Positions 14,037-26,410 of a DNA stretch of 64,000 nucleotides are shown piece after piece; positions within the stretch are counted from its first letter, which is position 1; every line of letters begins with the position of its first letter. This DNA comes from Eledone cirrhosa (Eukaryota): contig OZ024747.1 of the NCBI GenBank assembly GCA_964016885.1, positions 76,260,001 through 76,324,000 of the forward strand. The letters run 5' to 3'. The notes under the pieces are model-generated. The model saw nothing but the letters and a program-made list of their open reading frames with translations, made no database searches and had not been told where the DNA came from. The translations under genes were made by a program, and so were the position numbers.

Positions 14037-15292
14037 ACACATACGTACAGATGCTATGTTCAAGCATATATAATTATGAATATATTTGTTATCAAGTTAT
14101 CTAAATTTAGTGTAACTCTATCTAATAATATTTTGTACAATAAAACTGTTTCGATATCGACCCTAGACACTTTAGATAATATACATGCATGTCAGTATAT
14201 ATATATATATACACACATACACACGCACATATATATATGTGCGTGTGTGTGTGTATGTGTGTGTGTTTGTATGTGTGTGTGTGTGTGTGTGTGTGTGAGT
14301 GTGTTGATTCATATTCATTTTTCTTTCATTTCCATGAATATACTCTTAACCAATGAATATACCTTCTATTTGTGAATGACGTATTCTCGGATCGGGCAAG
14401 TTACATGTCACTCTCATTAGAATACCTTTCTAAACTGTGACTAGCCAATGGACACTACAGCATACCGATTCTTTATTTGATATAACATTCAATACTATAC
14501 AGAGATAAAAGGACCAGAGTCCGACAGATTATGACTAGAATATCTTATAACGTATTTATAGATATGAGATTATTTAAGGTGGGATTGAATGAATAGGAAA
14601 AAAATAAACTGTATTCATATACCGCTAAATTGTCTTTTGAAATGTTTGTATGCATATATGCCTATTGCTACGTGAGTGTAAATAGATATATGAATGTGTT
14701 GTGATGTTCCAGTATAGTATATTTATATATATAGCTGCGGGAGTATTGATATTCGTACACACACTTGTTTATTTGTGTATTCTTGATTTCAAAAGATTTG
14801 TAAATCTCGACACATCTAGTATTCAACAAAGCTGCTTGCTTTGGAGTTTTCTATCTACATAAAACATGGTAAATAGCTTCTGAAAAGCCACACACACACA
14901 CATACACACACACACTCACACACAAACACACAAAAGCACAGACGCACACACTCATAAACACACACCTACACCTACACACAAATACACCCAGAGACACAGA
15001 CACAGAGCTTACCATCAATCTTTCCCAGGAAACCTACCCCACATATGAGCCAAGATGTGCTGCCTTCTCATTCTGACTCTTCTGGCACTAATACAATTCC
15101 GTGATTTTTTCGGTACCCATATTTACCCCACACATATATCAAATTATTTCAGTCCTTCCTTTACTAGTTCATATTTTACCTACAGCAGTCTTCTGACAGA
15201 TTTTCAAAAAGGATTTCAACAGCACCTGTATAATAAATAAGACGTTTGACCAGCAAAGGTAATAAGCACAATTTCTCCTAACGTTATGAGTA

Positions 15293-15478
15293 ATAATTGT
15301 TTCTACTTTAGGCACAAGACCAGCAAATCACCAGTGCATTACTGGTACTTTATTTTATCGGCCCCGTAAGGATGAAAGGCAAAGTCAACCTCCGCGGAAT
15401 TTTAACTTAGATCGTAATGGGACGCAACTATGCTGGAAAGCACGGCGTCCGACCCTCTACCGATACTGCCAATCCACA
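15293..15478 (-). mobile_element. SINE family A, near full length, with TSD
   Basis: Head, core and tail present; direct repeat aacgttatgagtaataat at 15280-15297 and 15478-15495. Confidence 0.85.
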
Positions 15479-15648
15479 ACGTTATGAGTAATAATGAAAG
15501 GCACAGGCACATACAAAGTTACGTGTGCCCTTTTATGTTAAAAGAAGAAGTCAGCACGTCCCCACATTACTTCCGAAATCTAATTCCAATTCGTATTGTT
15601 GTAGATTTCGAACATACTACTCTCCCATGCACTCTCTCCCTCTCCCTC

Positions 15649-15730
<82 letters not shown>

Positions 15731-15757
15731 TATGTAATAAACAACATAAGGCGATTA

Positions 15758-15818
15758 TTTCATTTACCAGGGGTTTCTTAGAAGCAAACAAATTTTGCTT
15801 TCAATCATCAGAATGAAA
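15758..15818 (-). ncRNA. type I hammerhead ribozyme
   Basis: Minus strand: stem I tttcatt, CTGATGA, stem II ttgaaagcaaa/tttgcttctaa, GAAA, stem III acc/ggt, GUA cleavage triplet, aatgaaa closing stem I (7 bp). Confidence 0.75.
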
Positions 15819-15859
15819 AAATTCTGGTGTATTTATTGGCGTTGGATTTTTTTTAGATA

Positions 15860-16068
15860 TTTATTTTTGTGTGTGGGCGTGTGTGTTGCGTATATGTGTG
15901 TATATGTGTATTTATATATATATGTATATATATATATATATATGTATATATATGTGTGTATATATGTATATATATGTATATATGTGTGTGTATGTATGTT
16001 TATATTTATCTGTATGTATATGTATATGTATATATAATTGTATATTATATGCTTCTGTTGTATTTGTG

Positions 16069-16117
<49 letters not shown>

Positions 16118-16279
16118 GTTTATATATATATATATGTGTATATATATATATGTATTTTTATATAATGGTTTTGTGTGTATATATATAATATTTATGTTTT
16201 TTCTTATATATATATATATAATTATGTGTGTGTGTGTGTATGTATGTATGCATACGTATGTGTATGTATATGTGTGTGT

Positions 16280-16355
<76 letters not shown>

Positions 16356-16568
16356 TTATATATGTGTATGTATATATATATATTAGAGTTAAACAAGGTT
16401 CATATGAATACATGTAAGAATGAGTTTTACACCCATACATATATGTGTGTGTTTGTATTTGTATGTATGTGTTTGTGATATGTATGTATATGTATGTGTA
16501 TGTATGTATGGATATGTATGTATACACATACATACGCAACACATATACATATACATACGCATACATAT

Positions 16569-16616
<48 letters not shown>

Positions 16617-17009
16617 ATATAAGTATGCGTATGTATATGTATATGTGTATGCGTATGTATGTGTATATGTATTTGTATATGTATGTGTATGTGTGAGAGT
16701 GTGTGTATGTATTTCGTTTTACGTATGTATGTGTACGTGCAATTGTGTGTATTGCTTACCACGTGTGTTTGTTCATTTATTTGTTGCCTGTATCGCTGTC
16801 AACACTATAATAATCTTTATATTCATTTTTATTCTTATGTGACGGTGTTTTTATTATTATATTTTTTCTTATATTTATTTGTGCGTGTGAGTATGTAGGT
16901 GTGTGTACATATTTCTGTATTTGTGCATGCGTATGTATGCGTGTATATATGTGTGTATGTATGTATATGTATGTACGTGTGTATATATGTATGATTGTGT
17001 GTATGTATG

Positions 17010-17041
<32 letters not shown>

Positions 17042-17064
17042 TGTATGTATATATGTATGTATAT

Positions 17065-17132
<68 letters not shown>

Positions 17133-17455
17133 ATATATATGTATGTGTGTGTATGTATGTATATATATGTTGATGTATATATATATATATATATATGCAT
17201 GTATATGCGTGTGTGTGTGTGTGTGTGTGTGTGTATGCACGTTTGTGTATTTGCATGTATGTTTATGTATGGATATGTTGATAATTATGTGTGTATGTAT
17301 GTATGTGTATATGTATGTGTATGTATATATATATACACATATATATGTGTATGTGTGTATGTATATGCGTGTGTGTATGTATGTGTGTATGTATATATAT
17401 ATATGTGTATGTATATAATTGTGTGTGTGTGTGTGTGTGTGTGTTTGCATGTGTG
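15860..17455. repeat. complex degenerate (TA)/(TG)/(TATG) microsatellite block
   Basis: Seen directly; source of many spurious ORFs. Confidence 0.9.
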
Positions 17456-17552
17456 TTTATTTTTCATTTCCTCCTTCCTTTTCCAGCCTCACTTTCATAT
17501 AGATTATATTTTTTGTTTTTAAAATCCAATGCCAATAAATACACCAGGAATT

Positions 17553-17613
17553 TTTCATTTTGATGATTGAAAGCAAAATTTGTTTGCTTTTAAGAAACCA
17601 CTGGTAAATGAAA
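17553..17613 (+). ncRNA. type I hammerhead ribozyme, C3>U core variant (inverted partner of 15758-15818)
   Basis: tttcatt-TTGATGA-ttgaaagcaaa...tttgcttttaa-GAAA-ccactg-gta-aatgaaa. Confidence 0.6.
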
Positions 17614-17706
17614 TAATTGCCTTATGTTGTTTATTACATAACTATTAAGCTCTGTTACCTACATAGAGCACTCTTTTTTCCTGGACTTTTCCGACGGAAT
17701 TACTTC

Positions 17707-17790
<84 letters not shown>

Positions 17791-17793
<3 letters not shown>

Positions 17794-18651
17794 TAAAGTT
17801 AGTCCTTCATCAGTGATCTTCCAACCTTCATTGGTATTTCATCGCTTTAAAGACCATATACCTCCGGTTGGTGCGAACAACGGCTAAAGAAAGTCGTTGG
17901 GTCACGTAAATAAGGGGAACGAGCGAGACTGTAAACAATCAAAGATGGTAATTCAACGAAAAGTGAGGAAGAAAGAGTCAAGTCCCAGATTTCTATGAAT
18001 ATAAGTTCGGTGGAATCGTGACCGAGAGAGAATAAAGACCATCAAACCTAGTCGAAATGGGAGCAAGGAAGGAATTCCGCACAGGTCAAATGGGAGGAAG
18101 AAGGAGTCTAGTCTCTGAATTCGGTGAACATAAGTTCTGTGAAATCGTAGACAAGAGAGAAAAAAGGAACAACCAGCCTGGTCAAGCGTGCGCGAGAAAA
18201 GAATTACGAACAGGTCAAACGGGAGGAAGTAGGAGAGGGAGTAGCAGAGAGTGAGTGAGTGAAGGGTGAGGAAGAGGCTAACAGAGAGAATGACTGTTAG
18301 AGAGGGTAAAGGGAGGTGAAAGATACAGAGAAAGAGGAAGCAGTAAGAACGAAATAGACGGGTCACAGCGGAGGAAAATATGTGTGGATATGAAAACAAA
18401 CGTGCTGCGTGGTTGCAAATTGGTTACATATGAATAAAGTTAGTCCTTCATCAGTGATCTTCCAACCTTCATTGGTATTTCATCGCTTTAAAGACCATAT
18501 ACCTCCGGTTGGTGCGAGCAACGGCTAAAGAAAGTCGTTGGGACACGTAAATAAGGGGAACGAGCGAGACTGTAAACAATCAAAGATGGTAATGCAACGA
18601 AAAGTGAGGAAGAAAGAGTCAAGTCCCAGATTTCTATGAATATAAGTTCGG
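17791..18651 (-). mobile_element. 1.3 tandem units of the ~641-bp repeat
   Basis: gaataaagttagtccttcatcagtgatcttcc at 17791 and 18432 (period 641); homologous to 12096-12776; abuts (TA)n. Confidence 0.8.
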
Positions 18652-19630
18652 TACATACATATATGTGTGTGTAATGAAAACAGAACATTTCACCCAAATT
18701 TGTGAAAATATAATATTCAAATAACGAGGCGTATAAGTCCACTGAATGGAATAAGATGGACATCAGCGCGCATGCCCGTGATTGTCTCATATAATGTTAT
18801 AAAAAGCAAAGACCAAGTCAGCCTCATTTTTATTTCATGTTTATTTACATAAATATTTAAATAAAATGAAATAAAACACAAAACCGAAGTATAACATTTA
18901 AATTATAAAACTAATTTCAAGCAGAGACATTAGTGGACTGGGCACATAATGTAACCAATAGCAATCTCTTAGACTTATCTATAATCCTGCTTACAGATAT
19001 TTCCTCCATCTTACCCTTGCTGTCTCTCAATATGGTGAAATTCCTGTCGTTCTTTCTATCAATCACCCTCTCTTTCCTTTTAGACTAGCAATACTGTAAT
19101 ATGTTATATTTTTTTTTAGGTAATTTGTTTTTAGATATTCTGTATATATAATATTTATACATTTACCTTATTGTTGTTATTGTATTCTTTATACATTTAC
19201 TTTTGTACATCTTTATTTGTTCTTGTTTACAAACAAACCGAACATTATAATAAATGTTCGGTAAACCCATACGTACATATATATATATATATATGTGTGC
19301 ATGTATGTATGTATATGCATACTACTGTACGTCTGTATACATATATGTATGTATGTATACATATTTATATATTTGTTCTTCCTTATGTGTATAAACAGGT
19401 GTAGGAGCTGATATATCATTAATGTTTACCGTTGTATATTCCTGAAAACATGCTCTGAAAAGCAATATAGACAGAGAAAATTATACACAAGTCGTACATT
19501 ATATTGTTACTTAATAATTTCGTGAGCTCCTCAGATAGTTAAAATGACGTAGATGCTGGCACATTTGTAGAAGGTCGTACATGAATAAATATCATCATAT
19601 ATTTAGATAGGTAGACGGACATATATATAT

Positions 19631-19780
19631 AACAGATATTTATGCTTATCGAGCCCTCTTTGGATTTTAGTCTTCAAATTTATTATTATTACTATATATA
19701 TATATATATATATATATAGTAATAATAATAAATTTCAAGACTAAAATCCAAAGAGAGCTCGATAAGGATAAATATCTGTT
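19631..19780. repeat. inverted repeat centred on (TA)n
   Basis: aacagatatttatgcttatcgagccctc...attattattac (TA)n gtaataataat...gagctcgataaggataaatatctgtt; arms about 62 bp. Confidence 0.9.
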
Positions 19781-19887
19781 ATTTTAATAGATATATATAT
19801 ATATATATATACGGCGGTAGATCCCGAGTAAAATCGGTGGTAACCACAGATACAAAAGGTACACAATACACTAGTCGAGTGTAAACA

Positions 19888-20024
19888 TCATTATTTAATA
19901 GAGAAATTGCTTCTACAGGAGTAGCACGGTTTCATTTGTATGAAATCAAAAGGAATTTCCTGATGTTTTCATACTAATGAAACAATTCTATTCTTGTAGA
20001 AGCCATTTCTATATTAAATAATGA
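19888..20024. repeat. palindrome of two outward-facing degenerate hammerhead-like units
   Basis: tcattatttaatagagaaattgcttctacagg... mirrored by ...cttgtagaagccatttctatattaaataatga; right arm has cctgatgt...gaaac. Confidence 0.7.
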
Positions 20025-20043
20025 AATATACATATATATATAC

Positions 20044-20111
<68 letters not shown>

Positions 20112-20116
<5 letters not shown>

Positions 20117-23100
20117 GGGTATGACATTAAACTACATCCAATGGCAAGGCTCCAGTTCGGGAGTTCAGGAGATGTGGGGAATGTGGAGTTACCCCTTAGT
20201 TGTCATGACTCCCAGGTCTGCCCTGGCCCGGGGTGGTAGTACCTGTCAGGGTTCCATTTATGGGTTAAATAACTACCTTATTCGAGTGGCGCCGGTAAGG
20301 TATTGTCAGCCATTGAAAAGAAATATGGAGAGTCGATGTAACAGCACTAGGGTTAGAGCCCCTAATTACACTGTCAAGGAGCAGCCTGGTCGTTATGACT
20401 CTGCTGGCTTAGAGCCACAGAGAGGGCCAGTGGATGATGGATCAGCTGTCTCTGAGACAAATATAAAGAATGCAGTTTTGTCCTGCAGAAGAGCCATCAA
20501 AATGGGCACTTTGAATGTGAGGACTATTCGAACGCTGGAGAAGAGAGAGGAGTTGGGACATCTGTTCGAGGAGAGTGGTATACAGATACTTGCGATCCAA
20601 GAACACAGGATTCTACACGATGAGCCCGTGAGGAGTGTGATGATCGGGAGGAAGAGCCAGCTCATCACTACATCGGCAGTGAAGAACACAACAAATGCTG
20701 CAGTAGGAGGAGTGGGTTTGGTGTTCAGTGCAAAAACCAATCTGTTGGTGAGGGAAATAATGCCTATCTCCCCGCGAGTGTTGAGGGTGACCTTCAATGG
20801 AAACCGAAGACTGACAGTCATCTCAGCCTATAGTCCAACCGAGGGGGACAGTGATGTGAATGCCGAGGAGTTCCATGAGGAGGTGTGTAGAGCTGTCAAC
20901 ACCACTCAGGCACACAATATCCTGCTTGTTTTGGGGGACTTCAATGCACATCTGAGTAAGGAGGGCAGTGAAGATCCTTGCTGGTACTTCCATAACAACA
21001 CCAACCGAAATGGAAGACTACTGAGAGACACCCTGCTGGAGGCGAACTTGATGGCGACCAACCTAAGGTTTAGGAAGAATCTGGGGAAGATGTGGACCTA
21101 CATCTCAGATATGCACCTGTCCAAGTCCCAGATTGATTTCATTCAGGTGAGGAAAAAGTGGCGGAATAGTGTTCTGAACACGGAACCATACAGCTATTTC
21201 AGTACACTGGGCAGTGACCACCGGCTTGTTATGAGTGAGGTCCGCGTGAGCTTAAGAAAGAGCAAGGCTCAGCCCCGGAGAACAATCTATGACTGGGGAG
21301 CTTTCAAGGAAGATGATAAGCTACAGGAGAGGTTCACAGTGGAAGTGAGAAACAGGTTTAGTGCTCTGTGTGGAGAGTCAGAGGAGAGAGAGATTGGATG
21401 GACTGAGGAGAGTGTGACGAGGAGGTACGGGCACTTCACCAATGCAGTGGCGAAAGCAAGTGAAACCCTGGTGCCGAGGAAAAAGAACAAAGGGAAGCAC
21501 GTCAGCTCTGCAAACCCAAAAGTGTGTGCAGCCAGAGAACACCTGAAAGCTGCCAGGGACCAATTCTATGCTGATCCTACGGAGGAGAGGATGGAGACTG
21601 TGGAGGTGATGGGGGAAGAGCTCTGTACCGCTTACACTGAGGTCAGAGAGGAGGCACTGATAGAGAAGATCAGAAGTGTGGAAAGAGCGGTTGACAGATC
21701 TGGATGTAAGGAGAGCTGGATGATCATCAACGAGATCACAGGGAGGAAGAAAAGGTGTTCGAGTCAGATCCAGGGAACGGGGCCCGAGGATAGGAAGAGG
21801 AAATGGCTAGACCATTTTAGGACCCTACTAGGAGAGCCACCCTCCACAGCCCAGAGCACTGGGGATATCAGGCGGCTGTTTGAGGAACTGGATGTTGAGA
21901 CAGAGCCCTTCACCAGAGAGGAGCTTCAGAGAGCCAAGAAGAAGATCAAGGAGGGCAAGGCTCATGGAGAAGATGGAGTGGCATCAGAGGTGATGAAGAG
22001 GTGTGATTTTGATGATATCATCCTGGGGTTCTGTAACGGGGCACTGGAGAAAGGAGTTGCCCCGAATCAGTGGAGGATCAGTAACATCGTCCCAGTGCCA
22101 AAGAAGGGAGATCTCTCTAACACCAACAACTACCGGGGGATCTCACTGACGTCACTTGTGGCAAAGACCCTCAACAGGATGATTCTTAACAGGATCCAGC
22201 CTGAGATGGAGAAGAAGCTCAGGGACAACCAGAACGGCTTCAGAGAGGGTAGATCAACCACCAGTCACATCCTGATGCTGAGGAGGATATTAGAGGGAGC
22301 TAGAGCAAAGTGCCTTCCTGCGGTCATGGTTTTCATTGACTTTAGGAAGGCCTTTGATTCTGTGGACCGTTACTGCCTGATGAAGATCTTACAGGCTTAT
22401 GGCATCCCCAAGAGGATAGTGGACCTGATATCACTGCTCTACACCAACACCAAAGCCCAAGTCATTACACCTGATGGGATGACAGAGTTCTTTGAGATAC
22501 TGGCTGGAGTGCTCCAGGGAGATACATTGGCTCCCTACCTTTTTATCATCGTAGTGGACTATTGTATGCGCCTTGCACTGGAGAAACACCAGGACACTGG
22601 CTTTACTGTAGCACCGGCTCAGAGCAGGAGAGTTGGGGCGAAAAAGGTATCGGATGCTGAATTTGCCGACGACATAGTTTTGGTGACAAATACAGTGAAG
22701 GAGGCAGAGGATTTGATGCGGGAGGTTGAGACTGTGTCGATGAGTGTGGGGCTGAGAATGAATGAGACTAAAACAAAATATCTGGTAGAGAATGTTGAGA
22801 AGCCAGAGGGGATCACTAATGTAGGCGGGAAGCCGCTGGAATTGGTTGAGGACTTCCTGTATTTGGGAGCAAAGATTGGGAATACGGAAGATGATGTGGT
22901 TGAGAGGAAGAGCAAGGCCTGGGCGGCGTGTCACAGCTTGAGATCGGTGTGGAAGTCGGACCTTCGTAGAGACCTGAAAATCCGCCTCTTCATTGCTGTA
23001 GTGGAGTCTGTGCTGCTGTATGGGTCTGAGACTTGGACACTGACCAAGAGACTCACTCAGATGGTGGATGGGTGCTACACGAGAATGCTGAGGATGGCTC

Positions 23101-23418
23101 TGAACATTAATCAGTATACACTGAGGATGAAAAACTCAGAGCTGTATGGGAGCATCCCAAAAGTCAGCTCAAAAGTGATACAGAGGAGACTGAGGTTGGC
23201 TGGACATGCTCACCGACATCCAGAGTTGACATTGCACTCAGTGCTCCTTTGGGAGCCCCTACATGGACACACTAGAAGAGGAAGACCAAGGTTAACATAT
23301 GTTGATGCCCTAAGGACAGACACTGGTCTGTTGGAGATGCAGGATATGGCAGCGATAATGAGGGACAGAGACCGCTGGAGAGAACTCGTCCATGGATCTC
23401 GGGAATTTTACCCGCCTT

Positions 23419-23420
<2 letters not shown>
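20112..23420 (+). mobile_element. full-length RTE-clade LINE inserted in (TA)n
   Basis: ~3.3 kb, single APE-RT ORF, short 5' leader, (TA)n immediately on both sides, visibly higher GC than flanks. Confidence 0.9.
20121..23420 (+). CDS. APE endonuclease-reverse transcriptase polyprotein (RTE clade); real start may be ATG 20325
   Basis: APE motifs GTLNVRT, AIQEHR, LGDFNAH, QIDFI, SDHRLV; RT motifs NYRGISL, QNGFREGRST, FIDFRKAFDSV, GVLQGDTLAPYLF, FADD, FLYLG; RTE C-terminus LLYGSETWTLT...GRPRLTY; no stops or frameshifts. Confidence 0.95.
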
Positions 23421-23478
<58 letters not shown>

Positions 23479-23483
<5 letters not shown>

Positions 23484-23645
23484 AACGAGTAGGACCCCGA
23501 CGGCTGAGCTCAAGCCGTTTCGACGGCTAATTCTGAGTTCAGCCGTCGGGGTCCTACTCGTTCCTATTACCCACTCTACTACTCTAAGTATTGAGTACTT
23601 TGGTGCGTTATGGTCCATCTGGTTCCTTACCACATTTCCTCCGTT
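23479..23645. repeat. fold-back repeat: 34-bp near-perfect arms with inner UUCG hairpin
   Basis: ataggaacgagtaggaccccgacggctgagctca / tgagttcagccgtcggggtcctactcgttcctat; inner agccgt-ttcg-acggct; related to 39275-39392. Confidence 0.85.
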
Positions 23646-23660
23646 ATATATATATATATC

Positions 23661-23857
23661 GGCTTTCTACTCTCTGATTTCAAATCTCGCCGAGGTCAAC
23701 TTAGCCTGTCATCCATTCGAGGTCGATAAAAAAGTACCAGTCAAATATTGAGGTCGATTCTTCCTCTATATATCTTTCTTATTTTCATTCTTTCAAATTC
23801 TCTCCTTCTCTGGAAGAAATCCGCTATATTCAAACCTGGAGAGAAGTTGGGCTCCAC
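23661..23857 (+). mobile_element. SINE family A fragment, long-tail type
   Basis: B-box-like gatttcaaatctc, core gcctgtcatccattcgaggtcgataaaa, tail ttctctggaagaaat...gggctccac. Confidence 0.65.
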
Positions 23858-23867
23858 AAGTCTACTA

Positions 23868-24041
23868 GTGGCACAAGGCCGACAATTATCCCAGTGCATT
23901 ACTGGTACTTTATTTTATCGACCCCGTAAGGATGAAAGGCAAAGTTAACCTCGGCGGGATTTGAACTCAGACCATAAACGGCCGTAACTCTTTGCTGCAA
24001 AGCATGGCGTGCGACCCTCTACCGATACTGCCAATCCACCG
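23868..24041 (-). mobile_element. SINE family A
   Basis: Head, core and tail present; caagtcta repeated on both sides. Confidence 0.85.
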
Positions 24042-24483
24042 CAAGTCTATAGATAATCTGGCAACGCCGTATGTCATTATGACAGTCCTGTAACTGCCGT
24101 AGAAGCTAACGAACCATACATACACATACATACTACAATTAATTCAGTAATGTATACTCAGTTTTCTGAAACAGGCAATATTATGAAAAGCGAATCAAAC
24201 AAAATTTAGAATCTGCTTTTATCATAGATATAATAGATGGCGGGCATATCTCCTAAGGTATTGCATTACACCTTAAAGGGAATAATATTTATAATTTGTG
24301 ATGTAGATATTACGGTATGAGGCATATAAATCTCTAAGAAAAAGGTGATATTCATCTAGAGTGACCAGAGCCTAATCCAACTATAAATGACAAACTTATC
24401 GCAAGACTACAAAATGTCATGTGACAAATAATCTTATCTGTCACATTATACAGTGTGTGTGTGTGTATATATATATGTGTATA

Positions 24484-24537
<54 letters not shown>

Positions 24538-24715
24538 TAATTTAATATATCAACTAACATAAGCGCACAGATGCACGCCCATGCCAGCAAATACACAGGT
24601 TATGTCATAGTACCTAGGTGGTTCAATGCAGGAGAATGCAGTTGGAGTGAAAATTTAAGTAAGAAAAAAATTTTTTTTAAATTTTTTTTAAAAAAATATT
24701 TTTTTATTTTACGTC

Positions 24716-24780
<65 letters not shown>

Positions 24781-24843
24781 TATATACGCATATATCTTGG
24801 GACATCTGTGTAAGTATACGTGTTTGTATATCTATATAGGCAT

Positions 24844-24899
<56 letters not shown>

Positions 24900-25818
24900 G
24901 GGGTGGTGTCTGTGTGTATATGTATGTGTATACGGTTGTGTATGTACATTTACAAAATAAACAACAACTAAAAATATAGGTATCTAGCAAACAAAATGCA
25001 ACGTTCTAGAATCTGGATCGATAAAGAAGTGTTGAGTAAGAATCTCGGAATTGCAGAGTAAATGACTCCGGGTATAATGAAGGACAGTTATTGACATAAA
25101 TAGAAACAGACATAATATCAAATATTTTTACATTTATAAGTAAATCAAATACAGAACGGACTTTTCACTATAGGAGAATCTATAGGATTGTGAAAGCTCT
25201 TAGGTATATTATTGTCATACTCTTTGATAACATATTTCATATTGATAGATATATGACTCCCCCAACCCCCGAAAACCACACCATTTTCTTTTTCTCTTCG
25301 AAAGGTGTCCAAGCATTCTCTACCACCTTCGTCTCTTTGAATGGATTACAGGGATTTGGATATCACCTCTCTTTCTATACACACACAAACACGGACGGAT
25401 TCACCTATACACACAGACAATCTCACATAACACAAACACACACAAATAACACACACACACACAAACACACACAAATATCACATGTGTACTCACACACACA
25501 CACAAACACGCACACACACACAAACACACGCAAACACACGCAAACACACACAAATAACACACGTGTACACACGTACACACACACACACAAACACACACTC
25601 ATACACACAAATAACACACGTGTGTACACACACACACACACACAGTGTTGGAAGACACACAACCAACTGAAAACGTCCCACGGTATTTATTTCAAGTCAT
25701 TCTCATGACCTAAGAATTTGCGGCAACTTAATATTCCCAGATGTCTCTCCTCTCTCTCTCTATCTCTCTCTCTCACTCTCTCTCTCCCCCTCTCACTCTC
25801 ACACACACGCACATTCTC

Positions 25819-25861
<43 letters not shown>

Positions 25862-26410
25862 CACATACACTACCTCTCTGCCTCTCTCTCACACTCACAC
25901 AATACATCAATCGATCTAACTACCTTCATATATTCCCGGTTTACACTACTCCAGGATGGTCTCTGTCTCTCGACCGACTCCATCACCTACACAAGAGTTC
26001 AACTCGTGGACGGTGGTGTGTTTAATAAATCTACTGGAGGCGCCTCATCAGCTGGAATAGTTGGAGACGATATCAAGGCTTTCGATACAGCAAATCTATG
26101 TTCCGTTTGTCAAACTAAATTTTCCATTTTCTGCTTTGTATCACATAGTGCTTACCACATGATAAAGTCTTATTTTATTTATTGTTTTGTCTTTTGTCAT
26201 CTTTATTTGTTTATTTACATTGACGTTATTTGCATCTCAATACCTTAACTTCTTGTATGAAAATAACTCAGCTGTTATCGGTATTAAGTAAAAGTAAAGA
26301 CATACACAATTAGGCAAAGAAATAAGGGACTTATATATCACATATCGATTCTTCTTCTTCTTCTTCTTCTTCTTCTTCTTCTTCTTCTTCAATTTATTAT
26401 TATTATTATT

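Noticed and set aside
15795-17563. Many YI/CV/HT-rich ORFs (also near 46 kb, 49.5 kb, 53 kb and elsewhere)
   Set aside because: Dinucleotide microsatellites lack stop codons, so these are not coding
20393-22934. Antisense ORFs within the LINE
   Set aside because: Shadows of the GC-richer coding strand with no recognisable motifs
25930-26110. DDIKAFDT resembling the RT motif DxxKAFD
   Set aside because: Possibly a very old LINE fragment, but one short motif is too weak to call
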